Below are positions 8,904 through 16,643 of a stretch of 59,874 nucleotides of DNA, one piece after another (position 1 is the first letter of the stretch; the number at the start of each line of letters is the position of its first letter). The stretch lies in contig JAUSCK010000076.1 of assembly GCA_030651035.1 (NCBI GenBank), positions 1 to 59,874 on the forward strand. The letters are read 5' to 3'. Below the pieces are notes generated by a model, which searched no databases, had not been told where the DNA came from, and saw nothing but the letters and a program-made list of their open reading frames with translations. The DNA comes from Elusimicrobiota bacterium (GTDB lineage Bacteria; Elusimicrobiota; Elusimicrobia; Elusimicrobiales; UBA9959). The position numbers and the translations under genes are program-made.

Positions 8904-9842
8904 CTAGCGCAGATGCGAAGCCTTTGGATCGTGTTTTTTATAGTTCTCGGCGGCAAGATCCTGCGACGTAGTGACATAACAATAGAAGCACCCTCCGGGG
9001 CAGGTGTTGTCCATACCTATGTCCACGGTCTTCACGCAGCGGCAACTTTCCCGCGACGGGCCGGCAGGAAAGGCGGCTATCTGCCAATTTATTACAGGGC
9101 CATACGGCTCAAACAATTCGGCGCCGCAGCATTGGGCTGGCGTGAATTTATCCGTATATTCGCTGTTGCAGCAGACGTGCAACTGGATGCCGTAGGCTTT
9201 GGCTATAGCTTCCAGTTCATGGAGCAGCGTTATCTCCTGCTCACCTACCGCGCGCAAGTTAGGATATTTTTTATATATCGCCTCGCGCTGCTTATTAGTC
9301 TGCCGCCAGGCGATTTCGTGGCCTTCCGGGACTTTGTCTATAGCTTTCTGGTAGGGCTCGGTAAAACTAACGTTCACAACGCGCGTATGGCCGGCCAGGC
9401 TCGCCGCGATTTCTTTGAAGTTTTTGCGGTGCCAGGCATGGGTATAGACCTTGGTTGAGATTAAAATCGGGTCATAGCGCCATTGAATACACTCTGGCGC
9501 CGGGAGAGATTTGGCGACTTTTATAAAGTCTTTTATAACCGCCGCGCGGGCCGGGATTCCTGACTCTATATCTTTCCCGTAGCCGGTTATTGTGTACTGG
9601 AAAACATAGGGCACCTTTTCTTTCCGCAGGGCTTTCAGCTCGGCTTGAAAAGGGCCTGAATACTTAGTCCAAAAAAGATATCCCAACACCTCCGCAGGCT
9701 CAAGGGAAGCCCGGAAGAAACCTGCAGGCCCCCCGCCGAACACGGTTCTGTATTCTGCGAATCCAGCTTTCCTCCGGGCCCGGAACCACTTGGCGTAATA
9801 ATGCGGGATGTCAGTCCGCCGGGAAGCGCTTACAATATGCAT
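8904..9842 (-). CDS. DUF1848-family protein (radical-SAM-like, C-terminal CxxxCxxC)
   Basis: Family-typical N-terminus IVSASRRTDIP, QWRYDPI, and C-terminal DIGMDNTCPGGCFYCY. Confidence 0.85.
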   Translation of the reverse strand: MHIVSASRRTDIPHYYAKWFRARRKAGFAEYRTVFGGGPAGFFRASLEPAEVLGYLFWTKYSGPFQAELKALRKEKVPYVFQYTITGYGKDIESGIPARAAVIKDFIKVAKSLPAPECIQWRYDPILISTKVYTHAWHRKNFKEIAASLAGHTRVVNVSFTEPYQKAIDKVPEGHEIAWRQTNKQREAIYKKYPNLRAVGEQEITLLHELEAIAKAYGIQLHVCCNSEYTDKFTPAQCCGAELFEPYGPVINWQIAAFPAGPSRESCRCVKTVDIGMDNTCPGGCFYCYVTTSQDLAAENYKKHDPKASHLR

Positions 9843-9888
9843 ACGTTAAATCCTATACAATACAGATTCCGCCTTATGAATTCTTTTA

Positions 9889-10770
9889 TTACTTTCCCTT
9901 GTCCTGCACAACCTCGATCCGCGCCACTATCTCCAGGAAGAACTCAGGGGACCAGAGTGCGAGCGATGATTTGTCCTTAACGAAGCGATCCACCTCTTGC
10001 CGGGCCTGGTTCACATCCAGCTTATTGATAGCGGTATGCAGCAGGCCGAGCAGGTCGGGCCGGGTCAGGGGGGCGGCGCCGGTCCAGTCGCCGGAGTGCC
10101 GCAGGCGTGCCTCCAGGTGGCTAAGGCGCAACCGCGGATGATGGCCGAGATACCAGACCAGGTCATACCAGTCGCGGCCCTTAACCCGCGTCTTCCACTT
10201 CCGGCACAGCAGCGCGTGCATCTTTCCGGCGAAGAGGTCGGGCAGGCTGTATACCCGCACGGCAAAGGGCACCGGCAGCAGGACCGCGCGGCTCTCCGTC
10301 TCGAACCCGCCGGGCGGAGCGGTGTCCACCTCCAGCTTGATCTTCAGCACTTCCTGCGCGTGCAGCTGCCGGGCCAGGCCGGCGTTGATCTTGACGACGA
10401 TTAACTGTTGCAGGGTGTTGGCTTTCAGAAAGGCGGATTCGATGGCGGATTGCGGGTTGCGCTTGCGGGCCTCAAAAGAGACGTCAAACCCAAAGCTGTC
10501 CAGTTCCCGGCGAAGCGCATCCCCATAGGCGCCGAGGGAGAAGCCCCTGTCTGGCGCAAGGAGCGAAAAATCCAGATCCTCGGAATATCGGTCCAGCCCG
10601 TATAGCACACGCAGAGCTGTGCCGCCGTAGAAAGCGGCGTGCTCAAAGAACTTGCCGCGCCAGAGGCCCAGCAAAGCGATCTGCTGGAGGATTTCCCGCA
10701 GCGCGCTGACATATTCGTCGCTGGTCCGGCAGTTATAGCGCTCGATCATTTGTTGGATGGCTTCGTTCAT
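9889..10770 (-). CDS. abiEii: AbiEii-family nucleotidyltransferase toxin (type IV TA)
   Basis: FYGGTAL, RYSEDLDF, KLEVD, GKMHALL and KGRDWYDL motifs. Start moved to ATG 10770 (MNEAIQQ) with GAGG upstream. Confidence 0.9.
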   Translation of the reverse strand: MNEAIQQMIERYNCRTSDEYVSALREILQQIALLGLWRGKFFEHAAFYGGTALRVLYGLDRYSEDLDFSLLAPDRGFSLGAYGDALRRELDSFGFDVSFEARKRNPQSAIESAFLKANTLQQLIVVKINAGLARQLHAQEVLKIKLEVDTAPPGGFETESRAVLLPVPFAVRVYSLPDLFAGKMHALLCRKWKTRVKGRDWYDLVWYLGHHPRLRLSHLEARLRHSGDWTGAAPLTRPDLLGLLHTAINKLDVNQARQEVDRFVKDKSSLALWSPEFFLEIVARIEVVQDKGK

Positions 10771-10795
10771 TGATGCCTCGCGTTTATGTTGCTTG

Positions 10796-11446
10796 TTATA
10801 ATGGACCACCCGATTGCCGCGCCAGGCGCCGCACCAGCATGGTGATCTTTCTCGCCGCGAAGGCGCCGGCAATGGCGGCGAGCCGGCCCGTGTCCAGCGA
10901 AGACAGCTGTTGCGCGTCCAGGCGCAGATCTTCGGTCAGGTAGGCGTTAAATTCCTTGTGGCTGGCCGGACTAAAGCGCTTGTCCGTCCACACCTTGTCC
11001 ACAAGCGCCTTCTCGGGCGAGGCCATCAGCCACCGGGCATCGCCTTCGCCCGACCAACGGATGCCGGGCGCATAGCGTCGCGGCGGAAAGTGCCGGTAGG
11101 TGAACACCCCGAACGGCGTGTTGAACCGCCGGCTCCCGCCTGTGGTGACCGACGTCACGTTCTCCACGCGCTCCGGTAGCATTCCGTAGTGGCTCAAGGC
11201 ATAGTCGAGGCTGACATACGAGGGGCCGTAGATCAGATTGGCCAGAAGTTCGCGGCTAAGCGGGGCGCGGCGGTAGCGCTCGCCTAACACGTAGAGCCCC
11301 TTGCGCACACGGATCAAACTGCCGTCGGCCAACAGCCTGCCGATACGATCCCTCGGCTTGGCATAGCCATGCAGATAGGACACCAGTTGCTGGTAGTCCA
11401 GCACATCTGTGCGCGCCTGTTCACGGATGTCCATTATTGTAATCAC
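10796..11446 (-). CDS. abiEi: AbiEi-type antitoxin / transcriptional regulator
   Basis: N-terminal wHTH-like segment (LIRVRKGLY), then YGPSYVSLDYALSHYGMLPE and ASPEKALVD. Directly upstream of abiEii. Start is GTG 11446 or ATG 11434. Confidence 0.85.
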   Translation of the reverse strand: MITIMDIREQARTDVLDYQQLVSYLHGYAKPRDRIGRLLADGSLIRVRKGLYVLGERYRRAPLSRELLANLIYGPSYVSLDYALSHYGMLPERVENVTSVTTGGSRRFNTPFGVFTYRHFPPRRYAPGIRWSGEGDARWLMASPEKALVDKVWTDKRFSPASHKEFNAYLTEDLRLDAQQLSSLDTGRLAAIAGAFAARKITMLVRRLARQSGGPL

Positions 11447-11452
11447 GGTAAG

Positions 11453-11481
11453 AGTTTACAGTATTATCGGTGGTATGTCCA
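11453..11481 (-). promoter_or_regulatory. Predicted sigma70 promoter of abiEi-abiEii
   Basis: Minus strand reads TGGACA (11481-11476), 17 nt, TAAACT (11458-11453), 6 nt, GTG (11446). Confidence 0.6.
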
Positions 11482-11497
11482 GTATAGATGGACATAC
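11473..11497. promoter_or_regulatory. Inverted repeat overlapping the abiE -35 box, candidate AbiEi operator
   Basis: Perfect 9-bp arms: GTATGTCCA (11473-11481), 7-nt spacer, TGGACATAC (11489-11497). Confidence 0.6.
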
Positions 11498-11654
11498 TGC
11501 CATAATTACCACAGACTACGGGACGCTACACCATAACTCGATACTACCAAAAAATCTCTACTGTTATGCCCACCATCCGGCCTAATTTAGTAGAATAACA
11601 GGGTTAACGGCTAAAAAGGCCGATATATATCAATTTATATATTTAGAGGATAAT

Positions 11655-12725
11655 ATGCCTGAAAAAGATAAGAAAATGCGTTTCGGGGTGATTGGGGCCG
11701 GCAAGCTGGGCGGGTTCCACACCAATACGCTTTCCAAAATGCCCGAGGTGGAGCTGGTGGGCGTCTCCGACCCCAATTTGCTGAACGCGCAGGTGCTGGC
11801 CTGGCGGCACAACTGCGTGGCCTACAAGACGGAGGAAGAGCTGCTGGGCCAGGTGGACGCCATAGTGGTGGCCGCCCCCACCGAGTACCACGCCGAGATA
11901 GGCATAAAGGCGCTGGAGGCCGGGGTGCACGTGCTGATGGAAAAGCCCATCGCCAATTCAGAAGAGGGCGCCCGCAAGCTGCTGGAGCTGGCTGAAAAGA
12001 AGAAGGTGGTCCTGCAGGTGGGCCACTCCGAGCGCTTCAACTCCGCGGTGGTGGAGGCGATGAAGCACGTGAAGAACCCGCGCTATATCACCATAGAGCG
12101 CCTGGGCCCCTACGACCCGCGCGTGGCCGCCACCGGCGTCACGCTGGACCTGATGATCCACGACCTGGACATCCTCCTGACGATGATGGATTCCGAGATA
12201 GAGAAATTCGAGGCGATCGGCGCCAGCATGCTCTCCAACCACGAGGACATCTGCAACGTGCGCATCAAGTTCAAAAACGGCTGCCTGGCAGACGTCACCG
12301 CCAGCCGCGCCAGCATGGAGGCCTCCCGCCGCATGCGCATCTACCAGCAGGATTCTTACATCTCGGTGGACTATGTGAGCGCCCGCCTGAAGATCTACAC
12401 CAAGAAGAACCCGGTGATAAAGTCCCTCAAGGACATAGAGATCACGTACCCCAAGTTGGAGGCGAAGCAGCCGATAAGGGAAGAGCTTTACCACTTTATT
12501 GACTGCATAAAGACCGCCAAAACGCCCACGCCCAGCGGCGAGAAGGGCCTGAAGGCGCTGCGCCTGGCCCTGGAGATCACCGACCAGATGCGGCGCTTCG
12601 AGGTTTCCGGCTCCAAGACGGAAGAAGCGGAGGAATCCCTGTCCCGCAACCTATCAGACATCGGCAAGGCGACTAAAGTTCTCGTAGAAGAGGGACTAAA
12701 AAACGCGGGAATAGATAAGCACTGA
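11655..12725 (+). CDS. Gfo/Idh/MocA-family NAD-dependent oxidoreductase (possibly GnnA-like)
   Basis: GVIGAGKLG Rossmann motif, EKP motif, GHSERFN and DLMIHDLD. Directly upstream of lpxB. Confidence 0.9.
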   Translation: MPEKDKKMRFGVIGAGKLGGFHTNTLSKMPEVELVGVSDPNLLNAQVLAWRHNCVAYKTEEELLGQVDAIVVAAPTEYHAEIGIKALEAGVHVLMEKPIANSEEGARKLLELAEKKKVVLQVGHSERFNSAVVEAMKHVKNPRYITIERLGPYDPRVAATGVTLDLMIHDLDILLTMMDSEIEKFEAIGASMLSNHEDICNVRIKFKNGCLADVTASRASMEASRRMRIYQQDSYISVDYVSARLKIYTKKNPVIKSLKDIEITYPKLEAKQPIREELYHFIDCIKTAKTPTPSGEKGLKALRLALEITDQMRRFEVSGSKTEEAEESLSRNLSDIGKATKVLVEEGLKNAGIDKH

Positions 12726-12727
12726 TT

Positions 12728-12846
12728 TTCACCGCAGAGGCGCAGAGGTCGCAGAGAACAGAAAAACAAAACATCTTCTTCCTATCAGCTACAATTGATT
12801 TTTTCTACTCTGCCCCACTCCGCGACCTCCGCGACCTCTGCGGTGA
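12728..12846. repeat. Palindromic intergenic repeat element, copy 1
   Basis: Left arm TTCACCGCAGAGGCGCAGAGGTCGCAGAG (12728-12756); imperfect inverted right arm CTCCGCGACCTCCGCGACCTCTGCGGTGA (12818-12846); AT-rich spacer. Confidence 0.85.
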
Positions 12847-12865
12847 TATGCGGCAATTAAATTTT

Positions 12866-14014
12866 ATGGCTATAACCGCACCTACGAACAAGAACATACT
12901 GGTAGTGGCCGGCGATCCTTCGGGCGACTTGCACGCGGCCACCCTTATTAAAGCGCTGCGGGCCAAGGACCCTGAGATCACCGTCACCTCCATGGGCGGG
13001 GTGCGCATGCAGGAAGTCTCCTCGCATTTCATCTACAACCTGGTCTCCGTGGGAGCCGTCGGGTTCGCGGAACCCTTTAAGAATTTTTTTCTCTGGCTCA
13101 AGCTGATAAAGCTGGTGCGCCGCTACATGGAAGACAAGCGGCCGGCCTGCGTGATAGCCGTGGATTTCTACGGCTTCAACAACCAGGTGCTGGGCCTGGC
13201 CGCGCACCGCAAGATACCGGCGTTCTATTACATCAGCCCCCAGGTCTGGGCCTCCCGCCCCGGCCGCGCAGCAAGAATCGCAAAGCTCACGAAAGAGATC
13301 TTCGTCATTTTCCCGTTCGAGGAGGCGCTTTACAAGAAAGTGCAGGGCAACGCCACCTTCGTCGGCCACCCGCTGCTGGACCTCATGCCTGAGCCGGTCA
13401 GCAAGGATTTCCCCCCCGCCGGCGGAGAATGGAAGATAGGCATATTGCCCGGCTCGCGCAAGGCCGAGATCTCGCGCCACCTGCCGCTTTTTGTAAAGGC
13501 TTTCTACCGCATAAAGGAGCAGCATCCCGCGGCCAAGGCTTACCTGTTCGCGGTGCCTGAATTCCCGGACGAGAATATAGTGCCGGCGCTTGAAAGCATC
13601 GAGAAATACTGGTCCAAGGACATAGAGATAGTGCGCGAGAAGGACTACAAGATCCGCTCCCGGATGGATTTCGCCTTCACCTGCTCAGGCACGGCAACCC
13701 TCGAGAACGCGCTGTTGGGCGTGCCGATGGCGGTGGCCTACAAGATGTCGCGCTTCACCTGGGAAATAGCCAAGCGCGTGGCTAACACGCAATACGTATC
13801 GCTGGTCAACATCCTGCTGAAGCGGCCGGTAGTGAAGGAGCTGCTGCAGGAAAAAGCCACCGAGGAGAACCTGGCGCAGGAAGCTTTCTCCTTCATAAAC
13901 AACCCGCCGCGCATGCAGGCCGCCCGCAAGGAGCTTATCGGCCTGCGCGACATGCTGGGCTCGCACGGGGCCGCCGAGCGCGCCGCGCAGAAGATAATCT
14001 CCCACCTGAGCTGA
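12866..14014 (+). CDS. lpxB: Lipid-A-disaccharide synthase
   Basis: VAGDPSGDLHA, VDFYGFN, YYISPQVWASRPGR, FVGHPLLD, LPGSRKAE and SGTATLE motifs. Start is ATG 12866 (ORF track gives 12848). Confidence 0.95.
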   Translation: MAITAPTNKNILVVAGDPSGDLHAATLIKALRAKDPEITVTSMGGVRMQEVSSHFIYNLVSVGAVGFAEPFKNFFLWLKLIKLVRRYMEDKRPACVIAVDFYGFNNQVLGLAAHRKIPAFYYISPQVWASRPGRAARIAKLTKEIFVIFPFEEALYKKVQGNATFVGHPLLDLMPEPVSKDFPPAGGEWKIGILPGSRKAEISRHLPLFVKAFYRIKEQHPAAKAYLFAVPEFPDENIVPALESIEKYWSKDIEIVREKDYKIRSRMDFAFTCSGTATLENALLGVPMAVAYKMSRFTWEIAKRVANTQYVSLVNILLKRPVVKELLQEKATEENLAQEAFSFINNPPRMQAARKELIGLRDMLGSHGAAERAAQKIISHLS

Positions 14015-14015
14015 T

Positions 14016-15779
14016 ATGACCGAACCCGTCGAGAACACCGTGGCAGACAAGGCCAGGTTCAAAGTGCTGACCAGGGCGCTGATCCAATACCTGAAACCGC
14101 ACAAGGTACGGCTGCTACAGGCCGCGGTATCGATGGTGATCCTGGCTGCGATAAAGAACGCGGTAATTTACATCTCCGGCCCGGTCGTAAAGGGCGTGTT
14201 CATGGACAAGAACATGGACATGCTGCGGCTGATAGTCATCGGCCTGCCGTTCATGTTCGTGCTGCGCATGGCAGTGGAATATATCAACGGCTACCTGACC
14301 AGCTGGCTGGGCCAGCGCGTGGTGCAGAAGATCCGCGAGGACCTGTTCGAGCACATACACAGGCTCTCTCTCGAGTTCTACTGGCGCAAGCGCTCGTCGG
14401 ACGTGATGAGCCGCGTCATCAACGACCTGAACAACGTGCAGAACACCGTGCAGTTCATCCCCCTTTACGGCATACGCGACGTAGTGACCGTAGTGGCCTG
14501 CGTCGGCCTGCTGTTCTACCTCAACTGGCGGCTGGCGCTGGTGGCGGTGGTGGTGCTGCCGCTGATAGCCGCGCTGCTGGGCGTGCTGGGCAAGAAGATG
14601 CGCAAGGCCTCGGCCGAGAGCAACGTGATAGTGGGCGAGATCTCGCACAAGTTCCAGGAAAGCCTGCAGGGCATCATTGTAGTGAAGGCCTTCAACTACG
14701 AGGAGCAGGCCATCGCCAGGTTCAGGGTGGCCAACGACGCCTACTTCTCCAAGATGATGCGCTACCTGCGCGCCACCGCGATGAGCGGCCCGGTGATGGA
14801 GTTCATCAGCGGCATGGTGATGGTAGCCATCATCTATATGAGCGGCCAGGCCATCTTCAACGGCACAATGGCGGTCGAGCATTTCGTTTCTTTCGCGATA
14901 GCCTACGTGACCGCCTACGTGCCGCTCAAGAACATAGGCAACCTGAACTCCAAGCTGCAGCAGGGCCTGGCGGCCTGGGAGCGCATCTACCAGATACTCG
15001 AGGAGAAGCCCGCCGTCATCATCAAGGCCAGCACCAAGAACATAAAAGAGCTGGACGGCAGGATAGAGTTCCGGGACGTCAGCTACAAGTATCCCTCGCG
15101 CGACACCCAGGTTCTCCAGAACCTATCGTTCAAGATCAACCCCGGCGAAGTAGCGGCCTTTGTGGGACCGTCCGGCTCCGGCAAGACCACTATCATACAC
15201 CTGCTGCTGCGCTTCTTCGACCCCCTCACCGGCCGGGTGGAGGTGGACGGGCACGACATGCTTGACCTCGACACCACCGACCTGCGCGCGCACATGGGCC
15301 TGGTCACGCAGGACACTATACTTTTCGACGACACCGTGGTGGGCAACATCAAGATAGGCATGCCCGGCGCCTCCATGGACGAGGTGATAGACGCGGCCAA
15401 GGCCGCCGACGCCCACGCCTTTATAACCGCCATGCCGCAGGGCTACGACACAAGGCTGGGCGAGCGCGGCGTCAAGCTTTCCGGCGGGCAGCGCCAGCGA
15501 CTGGCCATAGCCCGCGCGATAATAAAGAAGCCGAAGATACTGCTGCTGGACGAGGCCACCTCCAACCTGGACACCGCCAGCGAGCAGGCCGTGCAGGCCG
15601 CGATAGAGCGCGTCCTCACCGGCAGGACCGTGATAATGGTGGCGCACAGGCTATCGACGGTAAGGAACGCGGATAAAATTTTCGTATTGAAGAAGGGCGA
15701 ACTGGCCGAGACCGGCACGCACGAGGAACTGCTCGCGCGCGGCGGCATCTATAAAGGCCTGTACGAAGCGCAGACATAG
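14016..15779 (+). CDS. msbA: MsbA-like ABC exporter (lipid A flippase candidate)
   Basis: Six-TM N-terminal half, Walker A GPSGSGKT, signature LSGGQRQR, LDEATSNLD, AHRLST. Starts 1 nt after the lpxB stop. Confidence 0.85.
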   Translation: MTEPVENTVADKARFKVLTRALIQYLKPHKVRLLQAAVSMVILAAIKNAVIYISGPVVKGVFMDKNMDMLRLIVIGLPFMFVLRMAVEYINGYLTSWLGQRVVQKIREDLFEHIHRLSLEFYWRKRSSDVMSRVINDLNNVQNTVQFIPLYGIRDVVTVVACVGLLFYLNWRLALVAVVVLPLIAALLGVLGKKMRKASAESNVIVGEISHKFQESLQGIIVVKAFNYEEQAIARFRVANDAYFSKMMRYLRATAMSGPVMEFISGMVMVAIIYMSGQAIFNGTMAVEHFVSFAIAYVTAYVPLKNIGNLNSKLQQGLAAWERIYQILEEKPAVIIKASTKNIKELDGRIEFRDVSYKYPSRDTQVLQNLSFKINPGEVAAFVGPSGSGKTTIIHLLLRFFDPLTGRVEVDGHDMLDLDTTDLRAHMGLVTQDTILFDDTVVGNIKIGMPGASMDEVIDAAKAADAHAFITAMPQGYDTRLGERGVKLSGGQRQRLAIARAIIKKPKILLLDEATSNLDTASEQAVQAAIERVLTGRTVIMVAHRLSTVRNADKIFVLKKGELAETGTHEELLARGGIYKGLYEAQT

Positions 15780-15795
15780 GAACGCAGATACTATT

Positions 15796-15890
15796 TTTCA
15801 CCGCAGAGGCGCAGAGGTCGCAGAGTTCGGAAAAATATTTTTTTATCCTCTCGTTCTGTTCTCTGCGACCTCTGCGTCTCAGCGGTGAAA
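15796..15890. repeat. Palindromic intergenic repeat element, copy 2
   Basis: Same 29-mer at 15797-15825. Right arm CTCTGCGACCTCTGCGTCTCAGCGGTGA (15861-15888) is its reverse complement with 2 mismatches over 28 nt. Confidence 0.85.
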
Positions 15891-15916
15891 CTCGGCAAGC
15901 TGCTTAGTTATATAAA

Positions 15917-16636
15917 ATGGTAATTCTTTTCAGCATTTTAGCGGTTATTTTCACGCTGACGGGGGCGGGGGCTGTGCTTAAGTTCGGCGGCTTCAGCAAG
16001 AAAGTGCTGGCGCGCGCTTTGGCCTACGCCGCCGGCGTGCTGATCTCCGTCGCCCTGTTGGACATAATCCCGGCCGGCTTCAGCCTGAACGCGAACGCCC
16101 TCTCGTACGGCGCGCTGACGGCGCTGCTGGCCCTTTTCACCCTTGAGAACTTCGCCGCTTACAGCTCCTGCAGCGAATTCATGGAGGACTGCGAGGTCCA
16201 CACTTTCGGGACGGTGGCGCTGGCGGCCATGGGGCTGCACTCGCTGCTGGATGGTTTTAACATAGCGGTCGGCTTCGCCCCCGGCACTATCTCGGGGGTC
16301 AATGTCTCTCTAGGCGTGATACTGCACAAGTTCGCCGACGGCGTAACGCTGGCCTCCCTGCTCCTGCACGCCGGCTGAACGCCGCGCCAGGCGGTCAGCT
16401 GCAGCCTGTTCCTGGCCGCGGCCACCCCGGCCGGCGCCCTTATAGCGGCCCCCCTCATCAAGGACCTGCCGCCCGGAGCGGAGGCCTTCCTGCTGGGCCT
16501 CAGCGGCGGCTCATTTCTTTACATAGCCATGGCCGACATCCTGCCGCGCCTGCACAAGACCTACGACCGCCTTACCCCGGCTATTTTCCCGCTGGGCTTC
16601 GCCACGGTATTCCTGCTGCGCCTGCTCGGAGAATAA
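15917..16636 (+). pseudogene. ZIP (ZupT/GufA) metal transporter interrupted by an in-frame TGA at 16376-16378
   Basis: HSLLDG and HKFADG ZIP motifs before the TGA. The same frame continues TPRQAVSCSLFLAAATPAGAL...GGSFLYIAMADILPRLH...LLGE to TAA 16634-16636, giving a typical 239-aa ZIP. Confidence 0.8.
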
Positions 16637-16643
16637 ACAACAT

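Noticed and set aside
11447-11654. tRNA or att site at the island boundary
   Set aside because: No cloverleaf, T-loop motif or direct repeat matching the other end was found, and no integrase is in the window.
14016-15779. MsbA-like ABC transporter as the RiPP exporter
   Set aside because: It is translationally coupled to lpxB, has no C39 peptidase domain and is separated from the cluster by ZIP and rel. A lipid A flippase is the simpler reading.
16376-16378. In-frame TGA as selenocysteine or as evidence of a recoded genetic code
   Set aside because: The position is a loop residue that is normally aromatic rather than Cys, and no convincing SECIS hairpin follows. Many neighbouring genes end in TGA with ATGA/TGATG overlaps, so TGA is a normal stop.
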